A stretch of 64,000 nt of DNA from Lophium mytilinum (taxonomy: Eukaryota). The notes under the pieces were generated by a model. It was not told the DNA's origin, ran no database searches, and saw only the letters and a list, made by a program, of their open reading frames with translations. The DNA lies in assembly GCA_010093605.1 (NCBI GenBank), contig MU004185.1, positions 1,447,334-1,511,333 on the forward strand. Direction: 5' to 3'. The number at the start of each line of letters is the position of its first letter. The stretch's first letter is position 1. Below are positions 38,144 through 51,279 of this stretch, one piece after another. Both the position numbers and the translations under genes were made by a program.

Positions 38144-39072
38144 TGTTGCAGTATGTGTGACGTAGGATGGGTGTTTTGGGTGCAATCGAAACGAACTCAG
38201 GATGAGGAATTTCCGCAGCTCGAAGCTCCATGCGCAACGCGATAGAGGGGTCCAATTCTAGACCCCGCTCTAACACGCGCAAGGATGGCGGCAAGACAGT
38301 TTGTTCAAGAGTGGGGGAGTACATGACGCCAGGATAGTGGCATAGTGGTTCCCCGATGGACGTTTATCGTGGCGCCGCATTAGATCCCGCATGTTGCAGG
38401 GCTCCCATCCTGGAAGGTGGGACATTTGAAGCTTCATCCACTTCCAACGTTTTCGATCGTAGAAACATTCCATGGGCTCATGCAATCGTAACATGTCATG
38501 GAAATTATCTCCACTTCACAGATGCTCCGAAGTTTCGTAGTGTTTCGATGTTGCTGGAGAGCATTCGCAGCCTCCTTTCGGATCCAGAGTCGGCGCTCCG
38601 CGATCGGAAAGGGGAATTTCCAAATTACACTCGATGTTTCTATTCAGTTTTTGACGGGGTTCGAGAAATTCAACTGGCCCTTTGTGTTGCCCTCTTCGTA
38701 GCTAAACTGGGAAAAATGTTGCAAATACTCTCGAATCTAACCGCGCGAATGCTTTTTTGATAAACGCAGAGGGAAACAGAAGGGACGCGGCGTGTTCCAG
38801 TTCCTCTACAAGACTAAGATCGTTTAGAGCAAGGCTTGATAAGATCTCATTTCTCGAGACGCACGCGGTGTGAAGCGTGATTCTACAACACATCGCCTGG
38901 ACTCGTTACAAAATTCCACCTATTCTACCGCATGAGAACTATTTCGTAGCCGCGGAGGGGCTACGGACGTCCGCTATACGTAGACGTTTGTAGTTCCTTT
39001 TAGTTGCTAAAGTAAGGGGGCAGTAGCTAGGGTAACAGAAGGTAGGCAAAAAGCGATGCAAAAAACAGAAAA

Positions 39073-39118
39073 TGGTCACCTTCCGGTTTGAACTGGAGAC
39101 CTTTCGCGTGTCAGGCGA
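39073..39118 (-). pseudogene. Degenerate 3' half of a tRNA-Val-like gene
   Basis: The minus strand reads TCGC-CTGACAC-GCGA (anticodon arm, GAC), then A-AGGTC-TCCAG-TTCAAA-CCGGA (imperfect T arm), then AGGTGACCA, followed by T-runs. No matching 5' acceptor strand or D arm lies upstream. Confidence 0.5.
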
Positions 39119-39891
39119 TGGATATAGGTATTCTAGCCAATGCTGCTTTGCTCGTCTTAGCGCCGCGCGAACACCCTCGGCCGAGCAGGCCTTTGACCTT
39201 TTCTTCTCGTGAAGTTCTCTGAGTACACCCCAACGTCAATCGCACATCCGGCCACCCCCGCTGTGAGTCTGTCCACTCAGCACGGTACCCCGATTCACTT
39301 TTCTTCCGTGCCTATATCAATTTTGCGACACTTTCAATCACCTCAGGGCTCTTCTAGACGCAGAGGTTGCAGCTGGACTCCTTCAATACGTGCATGTTAC
39401 AAGACAGCCCTGGTCCCAGACGTCCAGGTACGCAAGAATCAGTTGGTCGCATGACGATACTGCAGCTATCCATTGACTGGCCGATTCGAGTTCCCGAACA
39501 GGGTGAGTGTGATTGTCGCCTTTGTCCAGATCTTTTAGAAGCAGTCCGACCAAGTCCTATATAGGAGTACGCCTGCATTAACTTGCTATTAATCTATCTC
39601 CATGGTTGATCCTTACCATTTCAGTCATCAACTTCACACCGTAAGCTCCGCGGAGAGAGTGCTACGTGAGTGCGTCAAGCTATGCTAACGGTGAGAACAT
39701 AATCACCTTTGCCTTTTGCTTCCTTGTTAGACGCTGCTCTCTTTGCATGTACCGCACCGACACTTTACCAAGATGCGCTCGATTTCCCTAAGCTACGCAA
39801 GGCGTAATTGAGAGCACTGTGAAAGACATTTATTGTAATACAGTCTAATAGCAATGTAAACGCGAAGAAATATAGCATCCAGAGGTCTGAA

Positions 39892-42150
39892 TCATGCATT
39901 CAGTAGTTTCTCAACTACTGCCGCAATCCCTAACACTTTCTCCTCCTCCAGCCTTCGTCCTACAATTTGCACGTTCACTTTCATCCCGTCCATTGCTTCC
40001 ACGTCGTAGAGTGACCAATTCCACTTGTCGATCTCATTTCTCCCCTCGTAAGGCGAAATAGAGTCCATTGACGGATCTAGCTCTTTCGAGACATTGCCAG
40101 CGGCGAGGGAGAGCGCAGTGTAATCAAGGAGGTTCCATACCTTGGTGTATCTGCCATCGACATTTAGCATGCAGATCGATTTATATCGCCGCGTCAACTG
40201 TTTATGCTATTTGGGTAGTAAGAAAAGGCACACATACCCCGGCCATTTGCATCCGCGATGCTTTACCGCAGAATGCGGCATCACTGGTGTCAACAACACG
40301 TCAACGGATCTTCCCGTATCTGGCGACACAGCCGCATTCCACTTATCTAGATATCGTTTTTGGGCCGCGAACTTCCGCTTGTTCAGCTGCCAGTACTCGT
40401 ACACGGAGATTGCTGGTGCTTTGTTCACCAGACCTGCAACGTGCGGGATGTACGGCTCACCGCCTACGAGCATGTCACGACGTATGTCTTCGCCGCCGTC
40501 GGCAGTGTAGTATGCATCCTATTGTAGCAGCGTTAGATGCTTAACTTGCAATACTCCTGAAGTTATGAAGGTTACGTACTACGATGTCGATGCATTCACG
40601 GTGATAGTCACCTGGATGCCACGGAATGATCTCATGGCCGGCTTCTTGGAGTTTTGCGGCTACTGCTTTCAGTATCCGGGCTATTGGAGGATGCACGCGT
40701 ACGACACCGTCGTCCTCCATCAGCCCAATAACCAGAGGCCTGGATTGAACTTCCAGAAATGCGTCATTCCGCCAGGGCAATGGCACACACCTCGGATCCA
40801 GCTTCCAAGGTGCGGCATCAATCACTGCCTTTGTAACTGCCGTAAGAGACTGCAGAGAGCGGCTTAACGGACCAACTACAGACGGCACGTGCTCTTGGCC
40901 ATCGGTAGATACCGGCACGCCGTGGTATGGCAGTCTTGTACTCTGCAAAAGGGTGTCAGAGGAAGGTATTCCTAGCGCAGCGATTACGAGAACCTATAGT
41001 CCAGACTTACACTAGGTTTAAGGCCATAGAGGCCCATCATATGAGTGGGAATGCGAATCGATCCCCCGATGTCCGTACCCCAGCCGACGACAGAGCCGTG
41101 CATGTAGAGCAACGCAGATTCGCCGCCAGTAGATCCTCCGGGAGTGAAGTCGGGGTTCTCCGGATGTGTCGTTAATCCCCAGAGCGGATTTTCTGTTTCA
41201 CACCACTGCACAAATGACATCAACTTCCGATGCAATCCGGAAGATCGGAAAAGGTTGCCGCCGTACCATGATGCTCTGTGGTAGGTTCGTCTTTGCAATG
41301 ACCACGGCTCCGAGCTTCTTCAGCATGGCAACCAGGACGGCATCCTCGCTAGCCGGCTTGAATGCTCGCCCAACATAGCCAATAGTGCTGTCGTAACCTT
41401 TGACATCGAACTGGTCCTTCAGAGTCATGGGAACGCCATGGAGCGGCCCGACGAGTGTCCCATGCGCGTTAAAATAAGAATCAAGCTCCTCGGCCGCTTT
41501 TAGGGCCTCATCGAAGATGATCTCGGTAAGACTGGCAACTGTCAGCAGGCACCACAGTCTTGGTTACCCATGCAAGGGCCACGAGGGACCACGAGGATCG
41601 GAGGGCCTCCGTACCAATTCGTCTGTGCCCGTCAGTCTGCCGAGCCGTTGGGACTTGGGACCGCATGAGACAGGGGTTTCAGAAAATGAAGAAGAAAAAA
41701 ATTCAACAAATGAAGGGGAATTTACACGCTTGTGAGCAGCCACAGCCCTAACATGGTGTGAGCATGGCGTTAGTAGCCTGTGAATATAAAGCACGTGGCT
41801 TGACGCATGCACGGGATCGCACCTTTCTATGTACGCTCTGCAGAGCCGAGTTGCTGTGACCTCTCCGCACTGGATGGCAGCTGTGATCTCGCCCACATGG
41901 TCAATGTCCGTGAAATCCCGCTCAGATCCTGCCTGCGTGGTTGCGGCTCCGAAAGGGGTTGCGCCGGCATGCTGGTGTTTCGATTTGTTAGGATCTATGG
42001 GACCTCGGAAGCGGGCAACGGCGACTCTCGTGGCTCCCTTACCTCGCGTGATGCTACGGATCCATGACGGGAATGCTTTTGGATAGCGTCGGCTTGGATT
42101 TGGCGTTTTCTGTGGACTACGTCCTCCCAGTTCGGGTGGATATCAGCCAT
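39892..42150 (-). CDS. Amidase signature family enzyme (acetamidase/general amidase-like), multi-exon
   Basis: GPLHGVPMTLKDQF (catalytic Lys), AKTNLPQSIMWCETENPLWG, TPGGSTGGES, GWGTDIGGSIRIP (Ser-cisSer), GLYGLKP, YTKVWNLLDY, VQIVGRRLEEEKVL. Confidence 0.92.
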
Positions 42151-42603
42151 CACAAGGATAATGAAATTTGATGAAACGTTCAACACAGACAATTTACGCA
42201 GGAGCAAGAAGGAAAAGTACCACAACTCTCAACGGCTTTTGCGGATCCAGGCTCGGCATGCCTTAAGGAGCTGCTGCCGTACAAGCTTCCCCGGCTTCCC
42301 GCAGCGCAGTGTCCCCTGGGGTCCAAGGGTGGGGGCTGCCGTGAGGTCCATGCCACCAGAAAAAGTTCCACTCACACATTTGACAACACAGCGATCAACA
42401 CAGGCCCTTTCGAATTTCCAGAAGGTCACCCCTAGCTAACATCACACCACGTTGCGGATCCAAAGTGCTGAGCCTTGCCGCCGAGCCGAGTAGTTTCAGC
42501 CATGTAGCTATCAAAAGCACAATGGGGAGCTCCCAGGAATGGCGTACGAATCGCGACTCCCCGCAGCACCCCCATTTTCGAATCGCGGCCAAAAAGAGCC
42601 ACC

Positions 42604-44822
42604 ATGACGGCCACCATTTGGGATATCATGAAGCGTAAACCTTCTTCGCAAAGGTCGCACTCTTCGTCTCCGTCGCCCAAGATGTCCCCCGGCTTGAAGA
42701 CTGAGTCGCTGAGATCTGTTAGCACCGCTGCCAGCTCCATGGAGGTTACGCCTTCGAATGGCCAACCCGAACGACCGAGTTTCAGCGATGTCGTGGTGGT
42801 CGGGGCTGGGCCTGCGGGGCTGATGCTTGCGTATGTGTTTCTGTGGTGTTCTGGTGCAAGGGATTGGGCTAACCAGAAGTCGTGTATAGGGATAACTTGG
42901 TGCGTTTTGGTATCAAGACCGAAGTTGTAGACAACAGGCCTGAGATGACCCTCACGGGAAGGGCAGATGGTCTACAACCCAAGACTGTGGAGACTCTGAG
43001 GCAGATGAAGTTGGCAGAACCTCTGCTACGGAAGGGTGTGAAAGTGTATGACATTGCTTTCTGGGTATGTTCATGTTAGAATCCAGCCTGAAAGTATATG
43101 TTTACTGATCTTGAATGCACAGAGATCAACATTAAAGACCAAGTTGCAACGCACTGGACGCGAAATCCACTATCCTCCATTCGTCGACCTCCTCGATCCC
43201 TACATTTTGCTTGTTCACCAAGGCATGATCGAAAAGCTCTTCATAGACGATATGGCCGAAAGAGGAGTTTCGATCCGGCGAAATATCGCGTTCTCGGATT
43301 ATCATTATACCCCGGAGAAGTCAATGCCTCTAGAGGCTGTCTGCAAAGAGAATGTCGATCAAACAAGGAAAACCTTCGGGACGAAGTACATTGTTGGATG
43401 CGACGGTGCCCATTCCATGGTGCGAAAATGTCTCCCAGATTCGAGGCCTGAGGGCTCTTCTCATGATGCTATCTGGGGTGTGTTGGACGGCCAGATTGAC
43501 ACTGATTTCCCGGATCTCTGGAGCAAGGCGGTCATCTCGTCTGAGGAACGTGGTTCTGTCCTCATGATTCCGCGAGAACGGAATCTGACGCGGCTTTACA
43601 TCGAACTTAAATCAGATGCTCGGGAAGGTACCCCGCGAGAGGAACTATCTCAAGACTACGTGATGAAGAGAGCGCAAGAAATTGTGGCCCCATTCTACCT
43701 TAAGTGGAAGAGTGTCGGTAAGTTTTACTACATATTTGTCCTATCCGAGTAACATTCTGACAAGGACAGAATGGTTCAGTCGCTATCAGATCGGTCAGCG
43801 AGTGGCTTCGCGTTTCACAGATGATGTGGACAGAGTCTTCATTGCCGGCGATGTAAGTGTTTACACCCAGTACTGAAGTGCCGCGCTAACTCATTCAGGC
43901 GAGTCATACACATTCTCCCAAGGCAGCCCAAGGGATGAATACCTCGATGCACGATACCTGGAACTTAGCGTGGAAATTAAACTTTGCCGTCCGTGGTCTT
44001 GCAAAACCTTCTCTGCTTGCCACCTACGAGCAAGAGAGGAGGAAGATCGCCCAGGATCTTATCAACTTCGACTACGAGCACGCGAACGCATTTGCCAACG
44101 GAGACTCAAAGGCCCTGGCAGAGAACTTCCGCAAGAACGTAGCTTTCATCTCCGGCTTCGGTACCACCTACGACTACAACATCCTCAATATCCCCTCCAA
44201 AGGTCTCATCCACGGCAGCCTAACACCAGGCTGTCTCCCTCCCCCCGCAAAAGTCACTAGATTCATGGATGCAAATCCAGTCGACATCCAAAACGATATC
44301 CCGGCCTTAGGCCAATTCCGTATATACTTCTTCACACATAACGTCCACGACGCCAAACCGTTTCTAGACACCGTTTGCGCTAGTCACGTATCTCACTCCT
44401 CCAGTGTTGGCAAAATCACATCTGCCGGTAATGCATCATACACTATTCAACCTCCTCTCGACGCACCACATGACGGATTCGTCTGCCCAGAGCGCTACAC
44501 TCCTGTGAGCACCATATTCACGTATTCGCTCGTTACCGACATGTCGCGCAACGACGTCGAGATTGCAGACCTACCGCAGGTCCTTCGCGATAGCAGGTGG
44601 ACGTTCTATCTTGACGACGTTCCTGACATGGACACACGCAAGCAGACTTGTATCGACAAGTGGCTTGGTGGCCTGGACACTCATGAGGTCGCCGTCGTGA
44701 ATGTGAGGCCGGATGGGTATGTCGGTGCATTCCGGAGCTGGCCGGTAGGCACACGGGAGAGCGGGTTGAGCGCTATAGAATGGATGGATAGGTATTATGA
44801 GGGTTTCATGAAAGGGCATTAA
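42604..44822 (+). CDS. Phenol 2-monooxygenase-like flavoprotein hydroxylase (FAD-binding plus thioredoxin-like C-domain), multi-exon
   Basis: [121 protein letters not shown]. Confidence 0.92.
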
Positions 44823-45707
44823 GAGGATCATTGGGCACATGTTGCATATGGGTGGAGTATATAGACTACTAGAAGTAGATCCGGCGGACGTATAGATCTT
44901 GGTTGTAATGAATTAGAACATCTTCATTCTTTTTTCGCGAGTATCAAATCTTAAGGCAAGGTTTCGCTGAACCCTAGGTTAAATCGAGGTAAGTTACGCC
45001 AACCCAAGAACGTAGAAGCTGCAAGGCATGGTGGCGTCTTGCAACGCCGCCAACATGGTAACGAATCTCAACTCCACGTTTGAGAGCCCTGAAGCAGGTC
45101 CTTGAGCCTTCTTGCACTCATCCACTTCCTCGGTATCCGATCCGCAACTCGAATCAGCATCCCAAAGACGCGTCCAAGCGCTCGCACCTAGCAGGTTCCC
45201 CATTCTCGCATCGCGCGTTAGTCATGACACCCGTCGGATTCGTTAAATCCGCCCTACTGTTCTTTCGGCAGCAAGGAGCCGCTGATCTTCAACCATCACG
45301 TTTAGGGGTACTCACGACTGGCAAACTCCCCCACTCTCGCTGTATCGTATCAACTATCGCGCTCTATCAACAATGGTCGCCTACACAGCAGCGCCCTATG
45401 TAGGGAGCGCCTCCCAAGTAGACTACAGTAGTACGTCCTTGGCTGGGTTCTACAGCATCAAAAGTTAATCTATCGCACCACTGTGGCACCTTATCGCATC
45501 GGTCAGGAACCGGTGGCGCTTTTGGAACCAATCGCCCGGTAGGATAGCTGAGCTGCAAGGGGTGGGTGTTCTGCATAGAATAACGTCTTGGCTATATAAA
45601 AGTCTAGTCTGCCAACCCTTTTCGTCGATCTCATCTTCATCTTGTTCCGATTCAAGAGTCTTGGCTTCTTGTCTTCCACCGAAAGACACTTGAGAGGTAC
45701 CGCGACA

Positions 45708-47467
45708 ATGTTCGGCTCATCAGAGAAGGCCACCTTCGATGGCGACAGCAAGCAGGTCTCGCCTCCAGCAACGGAAGCAGACCACGATATGGGGAGCTCA
45801 GTGGCTTATATCGACAAGGCGGCAGAGAAATCATATGGTAAGCCACTTCCATAGTATAGCTACATCTCTATTCTAACATTGCTGCTTCCAGTCCGCAAAC
45901 TAGACTTCTACCTGCTACCTTTTCTCTCATTAGTAAGTTCACATGAACGACCCTATGAGGCAGCATAAATGCTAACGAAGCCTCTAGATGTACTTCTTCA
46001 ACTCCGTCGACCGTAGCAATCTCGGCAACGCAAAAACCGACGGCATGGATATAGACCTCCATTTCATCGGCGAAGAGTACTCGCTTTTGATCTTGCTGTT
46101 CTATATCCCCAATGGACTTTGCGATCTGCCGCTAAACATGTTGACGAAGAAGTGGTCGGGAAAGATCATGCTTCCAGGACGTAAGACCGCCTTCTACCAC
46201 TCACTGTCCTCAATGATTGATGCTAATTCCTGGTTGCAGTCATGGTCAGCTGGGGTGCCTGTGCACTCCTCCAATGTGCCGCCTACAATTTCGCGGGAAT
46301 GGTAGTGCTTCGTTTGTTCCTTGGGTATGTGTTTCAGCCAACATATGTTACATTGGAGTTGCTGACAGTCTCTATAGTGCCTTCGAAGCCGGCTTCTTCG
46401 CTGGAACGGTCTTCTACCTCACCCTCTTCTACACCCGCGGCGAACTCGGCTTCCGTATCGCCATCTTCTTCGGCAGCGCCCTACTTGCCGCTGCCTTCAG
46501 CGGTCTAATCTCGTACGGCGTTTTCCAGATCGACTCGGATGTTCCGGGATGGAAATTTTTGTTCATTATCGAAGGTCCGTCTCCTTTCCCCTTCCCCTTA
46601 AATCACCAATTAACATCTCCAGGCGCCATGACCGTCCTCATCGGCACCGCCGCCTTCTGGTGGCTCCCCGCCACCCCAGCTACGGCCTGGTTCCTAACCC
46701 CCGCCGAACGCGCCGCCGCGCGCGCCCGCTCCCTCCGCGACTCCTCCAGCTCCACCGGCGTCGAATTCAGCGTCCGCGAGTGCTTCCAGCACTGGAAGAC
46801 GTGGAAGTTCTTTCCATGGATGGTGATCAGCTTCACCTACCCGGTCGCCTTCTCCACGACCGCCAACTTCCTGCCGCAGATCGTCGCGCGGCTAGGCTTC
46901 TCAGTCGTCAAAACGAACCTCTGGACCGTCGCGCCGAACGCCGTCGGCTTCGTGTTTCTGCTGCTCGTGACTTACAGCAGCGACCGCTTCAGGGAGCGCA
47001 CGTTCCACATCGTCTTCGCGCTGCTGGTGAGCGGCGTGGGCATGGTCATCCTCGCGACTATCGACGTTCTTGAGCATAAAGGTGTGGCGTATTTCGCGTG
47101 CTTTATGATGGCGTGCGGTTCGTATATCCCGAGTTGTCTGGTGCATAGCTGGCACAATAACAACAACCTCAACGAGAATTCGCGCGCTGCGACGACGGGG
47201 TTGCTAGTGGGGCTGGGGAATCTGGGGGGGATTTTGTCGGCGGGGACGTTCAGGAAGCAGTATGCTCCGAAGTATGTGCCGACGCTGATTGCGACGTGCT
47301 GCTGTAATTTGGTGTGTATTGTGTTTACGTTGTGGTTGGGTGGGTGGATGAAGATGGAGAATCGGAGGCGGGATCGGGAGATGGGGGAGGTGATTAGGCC
47401 GGAGGATATTGATACGGATGAATTGGCGGATGGCGAGAAGAGTGCGAAGTGGAGGTATTTTACTTGA
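45708..47467 (+). CDS. MFS transporter, anion:cation symporter (allantoate/nicotinate/vitamin H permease-like), multi-exon
   Basis: EKSYVRKLDFYLLPFLSLMYFFNSVDRSNLGNAKTDG, FEAGFFAG..FYLTLFYTRGE..FR, GWKFLFIIEG, TNLWTVAP, SDRFRERTFH, SWHNNN..E..RA. Confidence 0.9.
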
Positions 47468-50400
47468 GGGGAGCTAGGTGCGCAAAGAGGATAAAGGTTG
47501 TGTTAGTCAATAATACAGGTAGGGAGTATGATTCTGAGATCTTGGCCAAGATGTAGTTGGTATTGGAATCGAGAATTCTCCGCCAATCTGAAACCTCTTG
47601 AAGTCACTGCTGCTATCGTGTTCATTTCTTTTTTCCCGCTCTATTTTGTTCTAATCCCATGTACAACTGACTTTGGAGACATTGGACTGGTCAAAAGGCC
47701 GTTCCCTCGTAAGTTTCCGGTTCATGTTGTGGCTAAGATCACCGTCAAACGTCCCATTCGACTTTTCCAGACAAACACGATCAATGATATAAAAGATAGG
47801 TCTCGACAGGTTGGGTTCGGTTGGATTCGTTGGATAAAATGTATTTGTTATACAAGTTGGAAGCCTACGCGAGCATAGTAGAGTGATCGGGAACCGCAGC
47901 CGTAAGTCAAGGAGGCTTAAGCGGTTAGTGTATGGAAAGAGCTGGAAATGTCAATAATTGCTGCAAATCGTAAGTACGGACGAAGCTGTCTCTTCGGACG
48001 GTAAGTATCTTTTGACGAAATCTACCACAACTCCGCGCTCACGACTGTATAAGACTTGATAGAGAAAAGAGGGAGCTTCCAGAGTGGTACCCACATCGAG
48101 TAGCCCACCTCGATGTGACACCATCTTCGCCATTCCCCAAACGTCTCTAAAGCAAGAGATCCTCTTGGTCTTCCGAACATTCGTTCGCTGCATCAGCCTC
48201 CAAAGTCCGGAACACGACCGGATTCGCCATTCCCTACCATTAGTCTCCTGATGCCCGCCCGGTAATATCTTCACCACCATCACGGAGAATGGTTATCCAA
48301 GAGAGGCAGCTCCGGAGCCCCCGCTAAGTGCTTTTTCTCGGCGGAGCAGTAGCTCAATGGACGATGCGACCGCATACACGGGTCGTCCATCAACAGTGCT
48401 GGAATGCTACGATCTTCGCGTCGAAGGAACGGCCGATGTGACGCTCATATATTCATTCGGATATCCTGGGGAGAGCGTGCAAGGCAGCCGTTCTGACACC
48501 TGTAATACATAATACGGTGTGGGTGTAGGTGTGGGACGTTGTATAGACTGTTGCATGAGGAGGATTCTAAGTGCGGAGAAAGGACGGATCAAGACTCATG
48601 CGTTAACATAGGATCCGAGCTGCGCATCGTAGCTATGATTCCGAAAGATGGAGATCATCAAGTTTGGACATATCGGGGTATTGGAGTCCGGAGGATGCGA
48701 AGGTGTGGTGAGTGTTGTCGCTGATCACTTTTGCTGCTGCCAGTTTGGGACCCGCGGGTTCGGAGCTAGCCAACTAACGTACTGCATACTTCGCATTTGG
48801 GGCCATCCGCAAGGCTGTGTAGAAATAAAACATACCCTAGAAGACTTAGAGTTACGAGTCGTATTCCAAGATGATGACTGTGACTGAAACCCAAAGGATT
48901 CTGCCTGCTGGCAATCATACCACCGGTAGGTTTGAACACGACATACTTCTATACTAGCGGTGAGAATCGAATGCTAACGCGCAGCAGTAATATCTGGTGA
49001 CTCTGGTCACACTCATGATGTAGTTATCCCTGAAGGATTCAGTTCTTAAAGTCCTCGAAGTATGAAGTTCATGTAGAGGCATTGCCCTTCCGGCAGATCT
49101 TGGGGCTAGGGTTCCGAATCGAGTGTCATGCCGCGCCAATCCACCTGCCGGCTGACCATTACTTCACAGACGACATGGTAGCTCGCTTTCCTGTCAGGTT
49201 TTAGGGTCCGAGGGATGAGTGATGAAAAAGAGGGAGCCAAGTCTCTTAAATCAATAGAGTTACCTTCCCATAACCAGTGCATCGACGATCTGCTTCCTTC
49301 ATTTGAAAACCCAATCTAGCGAATGACTGTATATTGGCTTTATGCGCACATTGGAGGGTTGCTTAAATCCCATCGACTCACCTCTAGATACCGCAGCAGT
49401 AGACTATTACTATAGGGTAGTAGTATAGCGGACAAAAACCGCAGGAAATGTCAGCTACCCAACGTTTCGGAAGCACGTGAGCGCAAAGTACAGCCAAGTT
49501 GATGTTTAAGGCTGTGTCTTACATTAAAATAGCGACGTGTCGGTGAGACAGTCGGCTCTTCGCGGCTACCTAATGCGAGTTTGCGCGGTCTGCGAGTTTC
49601 GCTCGAAAGATTATTAACCGCGAGTCATAATGTCCAGTTAGAGCAAGAACATAAGATTGCTGAAGTTCGCGAAGCCATTTCAAGAAGAGCTGAGTTTGGA
49701 TCGAAGTATTGGGGTTTGAATATCGCTGACAGGGGAATCTAGAATGAGGAAAATGGGTGCGCCAAGATTTTCGGCAGGCGGAGACTTGCTGAGAGTCGCC
49801 TAGTGATGACACACCCTTCCGGGGTAAGAGCAATGAATCACAGGAGGGATGAAACGCGCCTCGGGCGAGATGCCACAGGAGAGCAGATCGTGGCGATGAA
49901 CTGGTGATTAAAGGAGGGAGGCTGAATGGGGAAGAGTATCGAGAGGTACCACGAAGAATCCTTCAACTCTGGGGGTTAGCGAGTGACCGAATTAGCGAAG
50001 GGAAGGAAGCGGTTCCTCAAGATGCGGCGTCCCTTGATGTCCGCTTTTCCTCGATACAGGCGTCCCATGCCGCGCGCGTCTCCCGAGCAGGAGACCAGGG
50101 GGCAATATCGACAACGCAGTCTTAGCGCGAAGGATTGTATTACGCATCTGACAGTCTCACTGAACATAGCAATCATCAGTAGTGCTGCCGGTAAGGCTGT
50201 GGTATTAGTGTGGTCGTGACGTCCAGAGCAGGCAGAGGAGCAGCAGCAGTCGGGTGGTGGCCAGCTATGAATAGACGTAAGTGTGGCACTTGAGTGAACA
50301 GCCTCAAACCATGCGCCAATCGTACAGGTCAGAGAAAGCTTGGCCCTCAACCTCTCCCAGTCGGCGGCCGGTGGCGCCTCGGATCGTCTCACACTGCCGT

Positions 50401-51279
50401 GGGGGCTGCTTTACTCCGATGCGATTGGCGACGCCCCAGCTCTCACGCTTCGTCTCTGTTTCAACCCACCCGCAAAGAACCTGGACACTTGCTCCTGATA
50501 TTTCTTTATATTGACGCTTGATCATCACGCGGGGATATACCTGCCCGCATTCGGAGTATGCGCACCGTAGTAGAGCAGTGGACACGGCACCAAGGTATAG
50601 GTAACGTCGAAACTCCGCGGCGTCCAAGAGAACTTTCATGATCCTTCCGGCTCCGCCGCTGAAACTAGCGACTTCGACTCTAAACTCGGCTTCGACTGCC
50701 CCGACACTAAAGACATGCAGACCTAATGTAAAAGCATGCACGGTGACAAGTGGGCGTCATCGTTGAGTGGTCCACGAGCATGGTGCGCGGGTCAGGCCCC
50801 CAGCCGGGGCAGTGAAGGTCACTAAGTCTCCCCTACTCCTCGCCGACCAACCACCAAGCTTGCATGAAGGGGCTGTCTGTAAACGGCCGCCGAATTGCGG
50901 GCACCGGTCTGACGAAACAAGCAGTGGTCTGAATCGTTTGGGCAAACGGCCGCCCTACAGGGGTAGTGATGCTCCATGCAGAGCCCCAATCCTGGAGTAG
51001 CCGCCAGGCTGTAGGGCTCCTAGTGCCGGAGCTTCATTTCTTGTGGTGGCTCATCAGTGGCATTGCCATTTCCCGTGGGTAGGTTGCACCTCTTTTCCTT
51101 GGCTACCAGGTTAAGGTCTCTCCGTCTGATGGGGGCGGCATTGCGCTTCATTTTGAAGGGGGGATATATACCTGTGCATGTTTCCCCTTCGAGTATCCAC
51201 CCATCACATCATTCCAACGCGTTTCATTTCTTAGTACACTTTCTGTTTTACCATTCGTTCAGCGTCGCATCCATTCACG

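Noticed and set aside
34977..47467. Interpretation as a secondary-metabolite biosynthetic cluster
   Set aside because: No PKS, NRPS, terpene synthase or prenyltransferase in or beside it. The transporter family is typically an importer, so catabolism fits better.
47528..50945. Many 60-145-aa ORFs between the MFS and M43 genes
   Set aside because: I could not assemble any motif or consistent splice model. Gene relics cannot be excluded without a homology search.
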